IMG/VR virus record: IMGVR_UViG_3300042460_000692
Span: 1 to 64,000 of that record
Direction: 5' to 3' (one strand)
Source of the DNA: an uncultured virus (IMG/VR IMGVR_UViG_3300042460_000692)
Lineage: Duplodnaviria; Heunggongvirae; Uroviricota; Caudoviricetes
Length of the DNA: 64,000 nucleotides
Under the pieces are notes generated by a model, which ran no database searches, was not told the origin of the DNA, and was given only the letters and a program-made list of their open reading frames with translations. Both the position numbers and the translations under genes were made by a program. Shown piece after piece: positions 40,534 through 49,301 of the stretch. Within the stretch, counting starts at the first letter, position 1. Each line of letters opens with the position of its first letter.

Positions 40534-40564
40534 AAAAAGGGAGGCCGAAAAGCTTCCCTTTTTT
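40534..40564 (+). terminator. Rho-independent terminator after the sheath gene
   Basis: AAAAAGGGAGGC-CGAAAA-GCTTCCCTTTTTT. Confidence 0.85.
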
Positions 40565-40613
40565 AATGCTCCACATGGAACCAATTATTATTAAAATTAT
40601 ATCATTTTATTTT

Positions 40614-40697
40614 ACCCAGTATAATCTGGAACTAGTTATACTAGTATTTATATGTTATATTATTAAACTAGAAATTTATTAATTATTTATACTGGGT
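40614..40697. repeat. 11-bp inverted repeat in an AT-rich intergenic region with short ACTAG/ACTGG repeats
   Basis: ACCCAGTATAA (40614-40624) and TTATACTGGGT (40687-40697). Confidence 0.75.
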
Positions 40698-40788
40698 CTA
40701 GAATACTGGAGGATTTGTAAAAAACTACGAAAAAAAATCCACAAAATCAAGATCGATCCTAAAAATAAATTTATTTCTAATTAACATA

Positions 40789-40796
40789 TATTTATA
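40789..40796 (+). promoter_or_regulatory. TATTTATA putative late promoter box (tail tube)
   Basis: Recurrent motif. Confidence 0.6.
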
Positions 40797-40833
40797 AGAG
40801 TATAAAATAACAAAAAAACTTAACAAATACAAC

Positions 40834-41322
40834 ATGGCAGATTTACTAATGAAAATGCCGGTTCCTTACGAACCGAAAAGACAGAACCGATTTATTGTAA
40901 GATTCCCATCTTCTTTGGGTATCAATGAATGGTATGTAACATCAGCGGCTAGACCATCCGCAAAAATCAACGCGACTGAAATTCCTTTTTTAAATACTTC
41001 AACATATGTTGCGGGTAAATTTAGTTGGGATACTATGAGGGTAACATTTAAAGACCCGATTGGTCCATCAGCGTCACAAGCGTTAATGGAGTGGTTCCGT
41101 TTACACGCTGAATCAGTTACTGGTCGTATGGGATATGCTGCCGGTTATAAAAAAGACATCGAACTTGAAATGTTAGACCCAACGGGAGTTGTTGTTGAAA
41201 AATGGATTCTTCAAGGAACATTTATTCAAGACATCAACTTTGGTGAATTAGACTATTCAAGAGATGAAATTGCAACTATCCAATGTACTTTACGTATGGA
41301 TAGATGTATACTTGTATTCTAA
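40834..41322 (+). CDS. Tail tube protein (T4 gp19-like)
   Basis: EPKRQNRF, AGK..W and YKKDI.LEMLDPTG.VVEKW.LQG.F....FGELDY motifs; follows the sheath gene. Confidence 0.92.
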   Translation: MADLLMKMPVPYEPKRQNRFIVRFPSSLGINEWYVTSAARPSAKINATEIPFLNTSTYVAGKFSWDTMRVTFKDPIGPSASQALMEWFRLHAESVTGRMGYAAGYKKDIELEMLDPTGVVVEKWILQGTFIQDINFGELDYSRDEIATIQCTLRMDRCILVF

Positions 41323-41343
41323 TATTATACTTTTTCATATATT

Positions 41344-41378
41344 AAACCGATATACCAGAAATGGGTATCGGTTTTTTT
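41344..41378 (+). terminator. Rho-independent terminator after the tail tube gene
   Basis: AAACCGATA...TATCGGTTTTTTT hairpin plus U-tract. Confidence 0.8.
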
Positions 41379-41423
41379 ATGTTTAAAACTTTACTTTACG
41401 ATAGTTATAGATTAAATTGTACT

Positions 41424-42173
41424 ATGGAAGAATTAAGAATTGACCCAAGAATCGCATATGATGTTGTGGAGTTACCAAGTAGAGGTATCCATTATCAAAA
41501 TGGTAAGAAATCACTAAGAATAGCTTACCTAACTGCCGCGGATGAAAATATATTAGCATCCCCAAATTTAATACAGACAAATGCTATAGTTAATGAACTA
41601 TTAAAAAGAAAAGTATTAGACAAAGACTTATCAACCGAAGATTTGGTTGAAGAAGATAAGGAGGCTATTTTAATATTTTTAAGAAATACCGCATTTGGTT
41701 CAGAATATAAAGTTACATTAACCGACCCAAAAACAAACGAAGATTTTGAGGTTCAAATAGATTTAAGTAGTTTAGATTTTAAACCATTTACATTAGTTGC
41801 AGATTCTAACGGAGAATATTCATATTTTATGAATAAATCCAAAGTAGACGTAACATTTAAGTTTTTAACCCAAAAACAAGAAAACGACATAAAAGAAATT
41901 GCAAAGAGTTGGAATGGTAATGGAATAGCTCCAATTATTACAAAACAACTCGAAGGTATGATTAAATCCGTGGCTGGAGTTAATGACCCAATGAACACAA
42001 GAAATTTCATTGAGAATATGCCGATTAAAGATTCACAAGATTTTAGAAAATACGTATCTGACAATAAGCCAGGAATTGACCTAACACAAACAGCAAATAC
42101 CCCATCAGGAGAAGAGATCCAATTTAGAATTGGGTTTGGGGTTGACTTTTTTCGCCCTTTCTACGGAATATAA
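41424..42173 (+). CDS. Baseplate hub assembly protein / tail assembly chaperone (gp26-like)
   Basis: VELPSRG..Y, LTAADENIL, LRNTAFGSEY, IDLS and C-terminal FGVDFFRP motifs; start at MEELR (41424), after the terminator. Confidence 0.7.
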   Translation: MEELRIDPRIAYDVVELPSRGIHYQNGKKSLRIAYLTAADENILASPNLIQTNAIVNELLKRKVLDKDLSTEDLVEEDKEAILIFLRNTAFGSEYKVTLTDPKTNEDFEVQIDLSSLDFKPFTLVADSNGEYSYFMNKSKVDVTFKFLTQKQENDIKEIAKSWNGNGIAPIITKQLEGMIKSVAGVNDPMNTRNFIENMPIKDSQDFRKYVSDNKPGIDLTQTANTPSGEEIQFRIGFGVDFFRPFYGI

Positions 42174-42303
42174 GAAAAATCAATTATCGGAAATTCACTA
42201 CCTAATCAGGAAAGGATTCTCATATGGAGACATTTTAACTATGCCTGTCTATATTAGACGATATTATATTGGTTATATAATGGAGTTGGAAAACACACAA
42301 TAA
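42148..42303 (+). CDS. Second chaperone segment in the +1 frame (gp51-like/GT-like), probably reached by frameshift
   Basis: FFALSTEYKKNQLSEIHYLIRKGFSYGDILTMPVYIRRYYIGYIMELENTQ*; overlaps the end of the upstream ORF and has no early ATG. Confidence 0.6.
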   Translation, partial: FFALSTEYKKNQLSEIHYLIRKGFSYGDILTMPVYIRRYYIGYIMELENTQ

Positions 42304-42316
42304 CCTATTTATATGT

Positions 42317-44218
42317 ATGGCAAAATATAGCACAACAGATTTAGAGAAGGCAGGGTCGGATGGAAACTGGCCAAGGTTTTTAACAATTTATAAAGATTTA
42401 TACCCACCATCGAATTCTAATAGTGAGAGTGAACTAAATTCATTACAATCAAGAGCTAAAATTGAATATGAATCGTATTCAAGTGGTCAAAAAAAAGGAA
42501 CCAGTACAACCAAAGGAGCGAAATCATTCATTGAGGCAGCCAGTGGAATTTTAAAAGGACAAGAAGGTGGTGGACATTATAAAGATATTAAGGACTCGGT
42601 TAATTCAACGGAGCTTTTGTCTATGGCATCAAAAGACGGAAAAATTTTACCAGCAGACCAAATTGCACAAAACGTATTCAAGGCTGGATTAGAACAGATC
42701 GGTGATGAATATAATAATCAAAGAAAGTTATTAGAAGACATCAACACCAAAACCGGTTTAACGGGTGCACTATCAAAAGATTTTAGGGAAGAAATATCAA
42801 ACGCAGGACCAAAATTAGCACAATTAGGTATATCATTTGAAACATTAGCGGGAGTTGCTCAAGGTTTAGTGGAAAAGTCTGGTAAATTTAATTTAATAAA
42901 TCAACAATCATTTGAACAGGCGGCAGTGGTTGGTCAAGCATACCTTGGTTCAATGGAAGCATTAACCAACATGTTACCTGATTTTGAAAAAGTAGGTATA
43001 GGGGCTAAAGGTACGTTCGATGCAGTTGAAAAAGCGGGAAAAAGCTCACTAACTTTAGGACTAAATTCACAAAGAGTTTCAAAAGATTTAGCAACAAATA
43101 TAGGTAAGTTAAACGAATACGGATTCCAAAAAGGAGTTGAGGGTTTAGCTAGAATGGTTCAAAAATCTATTGAATTTAGATTAAGTATGGATGCGGTTTC
43201 ACAAGTTGCCGAAAAAGTATTTAGTCCAGAAAGTGCATTAGAGTTATCAGCTAACTTACAAGTATTAGGTGGTGCCATTGGAGATTTCAATGACCCACTT
43301 AAATTAATGTATATGGCAACGAATAATGTTGAAGGATTACAAGATTCAATTATTAATGCTGCAAGTAGTTTAGCCACATACAACCAAGAACAAGGAAGAT
43401 TTGAAGTTACAGGTGTTAACTTAAGAAAAGTAAGAGAGATGGCTACCGCATTAGGTATGGACTATAAGGAACTTACAAAGACCGCAGTTGCGGCACAAGA
43501 AAGATTAAGCGCAAAAGAAATGTTATCTGGTTTAAGAATTGAAGATGAGGATAAAGAATTCTTAACTAACATGTCTCAGATGAAAAATGGTAAAATGACC
43601 ATTGAATTACAATCTGAAAAAATGAGAGACCTTTTTGGTGGAGCACAGGAGGTAGCGTTAGATACTTTAGATAAGAACCAAGCCGAATTATTGTTAAAAT
43701 ATAAAGATGAATTTAAAAAATTAGAGGCAGATGATATTGTAAGAGGACAAGCTTCAGATATTGAAAATATTAGACGAGATGTTTCATTTTTAGTTAAATC
43801 GATTGCGTTAACAGGAACAAGAGAGGTTAAAGAGTTGGCGGATAAAATGGGAATTGATATGAAAAAATTCGCAGAAACAACAAAAGAAGCACTCCCAAAA
43901 GCCGCCACTTTAATTAATAATGAAATAAAAGGTATTATTACACCTGATAATAAACAAACAGGTAAAGTTGAAACACCAAAAAATGCAATAACAAAAGAAG
44001 AGGCAACAAAAATTGCAGAAGAAGAAGCTAAAAAACAAAAAGAATCGTCAACTCAAACAGACAAAAATGTTAAAGTAACAAACGAATATGTATTCAAAGG
44101 TGGTGACGCTTTAGTTGATGGATGGATGAGAGAAGTGGGTAAAAATTCAAGTATCTATAATGACTTCCATACAGTAGATACTCAATCGTATACCACACCA
44201 TCGACAGCTAAAAGATAA
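42317..44218 (+). CDS. Tape-measure-like protein
   Basis: Ala/Gly/Leu-rich helical 633 aa protein following the tube and chaperone genes. Confidence 0.65.
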   Translation: MAKYSTTDLEKAGSDGNWPRFLTIYKDLYPPSNSNSESELNSLQSRAKIEYESYSSGQKKGTSTTKGAKSFIEAASGILKGQEGGGHYKDIKDSVNSTELLSMASKDGKILPADQIAQNVFKAGLEQIGDEYNNQRKLLEDINTKTGLTGALSKDFREEISNAGPKLAQLGISFETLAGVAQGLVEKSGKFNLINQQSFEQAAVVGQAYLGSMEALTNMLPDFEKVGIGAKGTFDAVEKAGKSSLTLGLNSQRVSKDLATNIGKLNEYGFQKGVEGLARMVQKSIEFRLSMDAVSQVAEKVFSPESALELSANLQVLGGAIGDFNDPLKLMYMATNNVEGLQDSIINAASSLATYNQEQGRFEVTGVNLRKVREMATALGMDYKELTKTAVAAQERLSAKEMLSGLRIEDEDKEFLTNMSQMKNGKMTIELQSEKMRDLFGGAQEVALDTLDKNQAELLLKYKDEFKKLEADDIVRGQASDIENIRRDVSFLVKSIALTGTREVKELADKMGIDMKKFAETTKEALPKAATLINNEIKGIITPDNKQTGKVETPKNAITKEEATKIAEEEAKKQKESSTQTDKNVKVTNEYVFKGGDALVDGWMREVGKNSSIYNDFHTVDTQSYTTPSTAKR

Positions 44219-44253
44219 TCTAAATAAATCTATTTATAATATAAAAGAAAATA

Positions 44254-47200
44254 ATGCCAAGTTACTTAAATTTTGATTCTACTAAAGAATTTAGGAATTC
44301 TATCATAGCAAAAACGTTAATCAAACCAAATGGTCCACAAACGTTTACTAAAGATAACTATGATTATCAAAAATTAAGTAATCTATCAAATGTTGATCCA
44401 GGTGCTGTTGATAAAAATAGAAAAGATGATTTAATTAAAATTTCTAATTCAAACATATATAAACCAACTAAATTTTTTATAAAGGAAAATATTGATACGT
44501 TACCAAGAACACGTAACTTATCATTATATTTTAATGGTGGTTCTCCATATTTTACTGCGGAGAAACATAATTTAATTGGTATCATGGCAACAAAAAAGTA
44601 CGATACTGAATCTGAATTATTTAAATTTGCTGCAAAATACATAAGAGAAGATAAGGGAGGTCCTGTATTAACAAGGATAGCTTATAATACCGATAGAGCA
44701 ATTAATGGTAAGATAAGATTGTTAGACGCTTTAAATGGTAACACAGCAACCGCGTTAAACATATTAACAGGTAGAGAACCATTAGTTGAAATGAATAATA
44801 AGATTACTGTTGCAAGTACTCTTATTGGTAAAGGTATCGATTTTTTACAAACAGTTTCAGGAACACAATTACCATTTAGTGAAATACCTGGCGATTATTT
44901 ATCAAACCCAAGAAATCCAATAAATTATAGACCCGAAGCAAAAACTGAATTAGGTAAAATTGCACAAGATGTTACGGGAGTATTAGGTTCATTGATTGGA
45001 ATTGAAAGAAGACCAAAGTTATCAAGAAAACCTTCAGATTTATTAATACAATATATGGGTCAAGGACCTAAACAGGCTTTGTTTGATTCATTAACATTTA
45101 ATAGATATGCACCAAACTATACAACAAGTGCGAGATCTCAACAATCATCAAAGTTATTTAGTTTTGTAGATAAAGCGGCACAAGGTATAAAAAATATATT
45201 AGGTGTCGAAGCTCCCGCAGGACAAGCTTATATTGGTGACGATAGGTCAAATGATGTAAGATTTGCAATGGGAGATTTTAATGACAACCAAGTAAGAAGT
45301 CCTTATTATCTTTCATTAATGTTTGATGAAATTTCTGCTCAGTTATTTCATAAAAGTAAAAATGTAACCGAGGGAGGACAAATTGGAGGTAAACTAGCTT
45401 GGTATAGTAAAAATTCTAAAAATAAATTAGGAGAACATAACAAGGAATATAGTGGTATAGAACAAACTAATTTACAAGATAGTTTATCAACAAAATATGT
45501 TTTTAGAGAAGATTCAATTTTAGGAAAAACACAACAAATATTAAATACATTACCAACTAATGGTTCTGAGATGCGTTCTCACGTAGCAAACGTAATTGAC
45601 CAAACCAGTAGAGTTTTTAAAGATGGTGAGGTAATGATGTCAAGAGGTTCTGCGGTAAAATACACAAACAAATTTTCTGGTGAAGAAAGTGGTGTTGAAT
45701 ATTGTAGAGTATGGACAAAAGATAGACCATACTTTAACTACACAGATACCATGAGAAGAACAAACATGGTAAGAAAGTTTGATGGAAGTGTAATGGGTGG
45801 TGGTAGTAGAGTATGGAACTTAAACTACGCACCAATGTCGAATGGTAGAAAATCATTTGAAAATTCAACAAATATAAAAGATGGACAGGCAAAAAAATAT
45901 ATGTTTTCAATTGAAAACTTAGCTTGGAAATCATCCACACAAAAAGGATTCACTGTACAAGATTTACCAATTTGCGAAAGAGGTTCAAATGGAGGTAGAG
46001 TAATGTGGTTCCCACCATATGATTTAAAAGTATCAGAACAAAATAGTGCTAAATGGGAAGAGAATAGTTTTTTAGGTAGACCAGAACCAATATACACTTA
46101 TCAAAATACATCAAGAAGTGGTACAATATCATTTAAGGTTGTCGTTGACCACCCAAGTATTTTAAATCTATTGGTGAGAGAACATTTCAAAGGTATGTCA
46201 GATGAAGAGGCGGACAACTATATTAATGCATTCTTTGCTGGATGTGAGGAAATTGACTTTTATGATTTAGTAAGAAAATATACTAACTTAGATACGGACG
46301 ATATAAAAAGAATTAATGAATATCTTAATGCTGGAAAAGAAATGTCCACCATTAAGAAATATAAATATTCATCAGAAGAAGTTGAGGAGGTTAAACCAGA
46401 GACGGGTGAAACCCCAACAAAGGCACCCGAACCTTTTTCATTAGCTTTATTTTTTCCAAATGATATTCCTGCTAAAGATGCTAATAACACCACAAAAGGA
46501 GAAATATATAGCACAATACAACCTTCATATTATGCACAAAAATCCTCACTAAACGCAGATGCTTTAGCTGATTTTACAAGATTAAGTGGAGACACAAGTG
46601 GAGATGCAATCCAAGACATAAAGACAATTTTTAAATTAGAAAAATCAAAAATAACAGATTTTCCTAAAGCAATTAGTTTACAATTGGATAAGTTAAACAC
46701 AGGATTTGAAAAATTAAATACAAATTATACGGAATTTAATACAAAAATCGCCGACCTTAAAAAGGCGGTAAGTGGAAATACAATTGAACTTGCTGAATTT
46801 AAAATACTTTCAAGCGCATCCGAAGTTGCAAATGATGATTACAATTTCCTATTAGGAATGAGAAGAGCACATTCTTTAGTATTGGATATTCTTACTAAAT
46901 TAAAAGGAGATGTAGATAAAATACCCGACTTTAACTGGCCATCAGAGCAGGAAGTTAAAAAGAATGCTAAAGATGGTTTAAATGACCAAAAGTTAACATT
47001 TACTTTTGAAAAGTTAGGATATAAAGGTAATGTAGGTAAGTTAATTATAAACTTTTCTACTGAAGGTGAAAACGCTAAAGGATTAACGAATGTTGATCCA
47101 GATGGTAGATTAGATTGTAAGACTGTTATTCAAACAAAATATGGTTTAAAAATAACGACACCAAACGCATTTTATTGTAGACAAACAAGTGTTAAGTTTT

Positions 47201-48975
47201 CCGCTAAAACACTTAGCGTACAAAAACCACCATCGACACAAAAAATTAAAATACCGAAAATTACAAAGGAGCCTGGTGAACCTGAAATTACATATACACC
47301 AAAGCCACCTATTGATGTAATGAAAAGAATAATTACTAAAACACTATCTGAATGTTACTACTTTAAAAAATTGGAGGAAGATTCACCGTTAGCGTTTACA
47401 TCTTTAAAGGAAAAATTAAAATATTTTCATCCAGCTTTCCACTCAACAACACCTGAAGGATTGAACTCAAGATTAACGTTCTTATTACAATGTGTAAGAC
47501 CTGGAAATACAATACCAATAAAAGGAATTGCTGATGTTAATGATTTAAATGCACGAAATACTTCTTTTGGTCCACCACCAATATGTGTTATAAGAATTGG
47601 TGATTTTTATCACTCTAAAATTGTTATAAGAGACATTAACATAACGTATGACGATTCAACATGGGATTTAAATCCAGAAGGTATTGGAGTACAACCAATG
47701 ATTGCTAATATAACGTTACAAGTTAGTTTCATAGGTGGACAAGGACTGGAAAGACCGGTTGAAAAATTACAAAATGCTTTATCATCTAACTTTTTTGCAA
47801 ACACAGAAATTTATGATGAAAGAGCACAATCAACCGCAACTTTAATTGATGGTAAACCAGCGGACCAATTTACTAAAGAATTCATTGCTGAATTACAAAA
47901 GAAACCAGAATTTCAGTTAGAGGGTGATAAAGATAATAAACCAAAAGTTAGTCAAGGATTATATATTGGAACGGGAATTCTTAATTCTGGTCTTGATTAT
48001 ATTAAAATAGATTATACTAGTTTTATTGATACAATTTTTAGCGGTACAGATTCGTATATTAATTTATATAAATCATCATATAACGAAGTTGTTAAAAAAT
48101 ATGGTAAAAAAGTATCAAGTATATTTTTTCACAATAGATACAAAACTGTAACTGGATTAACAATTAACACAAGTGCAACAACAACAGATATATTACCTTT
48201 ACTTGGAGCATCTAATAAAGATGCCAATGTAAACTTTTATAGTACAAAACTTACCACAGATTTAAATAGTTATATTAATAACAATGACGTAACCACCTTA
48301 TTGGGTTTTAATAAAGCAGTAACAAGTGAAGGAATGGATTGGTCTAACGAAAAATTAAGAGAAACGTTAAAATCAATCATTAACGAAAAAATAGGGGAAA
48401 TGCCTGAAAGTAGTTCACTAAAGAAATTAGAAGATTCTAGAAATAAAGTAATTAAATTATTTGAAAAAGCTAATTTTTTAGTTAAAAATGAATTTGACGG
48501 AAAAGTTGATGGAGTACAATTTATCTCAACAACATTATCAGGTTTTACCGGTTCAACCTTATATAACCAATATTCAAATATTGTTGATTATTTTAAAAAC
48601 AAACATGATGAGTTTAATGAAGACTTAGATATAAGTTTTGATTTTGCTACTGGTGTATTAAACGACAATATTTTTGTAGAACTAATTTCAATATTATTAC
48701 AAGGAAAGAGAGAGACAATAACTAAACTTTATGAAGAAATTTCAACAAAAGAAACATCAGATAAAATTGGTGAAATTGTGGACAAATTAATAGAGACACC
48801 GAAAGAAAAGAATTTTAGAATGGGTAAATTCCCAATTAAAAAGGGTGGTAGTAAGATAGAATATGATGTGGATGTAACAGATTACATTGTTCTTGATGAA
48901 ATAAAACAAAGTTTAATGGACCTTCACAATGCTGAACAAGTTAAATTTGGTACAGAAACTTTTAAATTAATATAA
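44254..48975 (+). CDS. Large baseplate/tube-initiator protein with OmpA-like insertion
   Basis: W....FLGRPEPIYTY..TSRS..ISF and PPICVIRIGD...I..INI.YD...W motifs of tube-initiator proteins; SASE...YNFLLGMRRA OmpA-like motif. Confidence 0.6.
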   Translation: MPSYLNFDSTKEFRNSIIAKTLIKPNGPQTFTKDNYDYQKLSNLSNVDPGAVDKNRKDDLIKISNSNIYKPTKFFIKENIDTLPRTRNLSLYFNGGSPYFTAEKHNLIGIMATKKYDTESELFKFAAKYIREDKGGPVLTRIAYNTDRAINGKIRLLDALNGNTATALNILTGREPLVEMNNKITVASTLIGKGIDFLQTVSGTQLPFSEIPGDYLSNPRNPINYRPEAKTELGKIAQDVTGVLGSLIGIERRPKLSRKPSDLLIQYMGQGPKQALFDSLTFNRYAPNYTTSARSQQSSKLFSFVDKAAQGIKNILGVEAPAGQAYIGDDRSNDVRFAMGDFNDNQVRSPYYLSLMFDEISAQLFHKSKNVTEGGQIGGKLAWYSKNSKNKLGEHNKEYSGIEQTNLQDSLSTKYVFREDSILGKTQQILNTLPTNGSEMRSHVANVIDQTSRVFKDGEVMMSRGSAVKYTNKFSGEESGVEYCRVWTKDRPYFNYTDTMRRTNMVRKFDGSVMGGGSRVWNLNYAPMSNGRKSFENSTNIKDGQAKKYMFSIENLAWKSSTQKGFTVQDLPICERGSNGGRVMWFPPYDLKVSEQNSAKWEENSFLGRPEPIYTYQNTSRSGTISFKVVVDHPSILNLLVREHFKGMSDEEADNYINAFFAGCEEIDFYDLVRKYTNLDTDDIKRINEYLNAGKEMSTIKKYKYSSEEVEEVKPETGETPTKAPEPFSLALFFPNDIPAKDANNTTKGEIYSTIQPSYYAQKSSLNADALADFTRLSGDTSGDAIQDIKTIFKLEKSKITDFPKAISLQLDKLNTGFEKLNTNYTEFNTKIADLKKAVSGNTIELAEFKILSSASEVANDDYNFLLGMRRAHSLVLDILTKLKGDVDKIPDFNWPSEQEVKKNAKDGLNDQKLTFTFEKLGYKGNVGKLIINFSTEGENAKGLTNVDPDGRLDCKTVIQTKYGLKITTPNAFYCRQTSVKFSAKTLSVQKPPSTQKIKIPKITKEPGEPEITYTPKPPIDVMKRIITKTLSECYYFKKLEEDSPLAFTSLKEKLKYFHPAFHSTTPEGLNSRLTFLLQCVRPGNTIPIKGIADVNDLNARNTSFGPPPICVIRIGDFYHSKIVIRDINITYDDSTWDLNPEGIGVQPMIANITLQVSFIGGQGLERPVEKLQNALSSNFFANTEIYDERAQSTATLIDGKPADQFTKEFIAELQKKPEFQLEGDKDNKPKVSQGLYIGTGILNSGLDYIKIDYTSFIDTIFSGTDSYINLYKSSYNEVVKKYGKKVSSIFFHNRYKTVTGLTINTSATTTDILPLLGASNKDANVNFYSTKLTTDLNSYINNNDVTTLLGFNKAVTSEGMDWSNEKLRETLKSIINEKIGEMPESSSLKKLEDSRNKVIKLFEKANFLVKNEFDGKVDGVQFISTTLSGFTGSTLYNQYSNIVDYFKNKHDEFNEDLDISFDFATGVLNDNIFVELISILLQGKRETITKLYEEISTKETSDKIGEIVDKLIETPKEKNFRMGKFPIKKGGSKIEYDVDVTDYIVLDEIKQSLMDLHNAEQVKFGTETFKLI

Positions 48976-48977
48976 TC

Positions 48978-49301
48978 ATGAGTAGAGAATATTTTAATAG
49001 GTACCAATTTTATATAAATGATGGAGAATTTAGAGTTGTTCCAGGAATCGAAATACCAATAAAAGGAACAGACAAGTACCAACAATATAAAAAAGGTAAA
49101 GATAGATTAGATAAACTATCACAAGAATATTACAATTCACCATTATATGGTTGGTTGATTTTATTAGCAAACCCCGCTGCAGGTAGTTTAGAATTTGAAA
49201 TACCTAACAATTATTATATAAGGATACCATATCCGCTAATCGACTCTTTACAAGATTATAAAAGTGGTGTAGAATTGTATAACTTATATTATGGGGAATA
49301 A
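48978..49301 (+). CDS. Baseplate wedge LysM-like protein (gp53-like)
   Basis: DRLDKLSQEYYNSPLYGWLILLANP...IRIP. Confidence 0.75.
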   Translation: MSREYFNRYQFYINDGEFRVVPGIEIPIKGTDKYQQYKKGKDRLDKLSQEYYNSPLYGWLILLANPAAGSLEFEIPNNYYIRIPYPLIDSLQDYKSGVELYNLYYGE

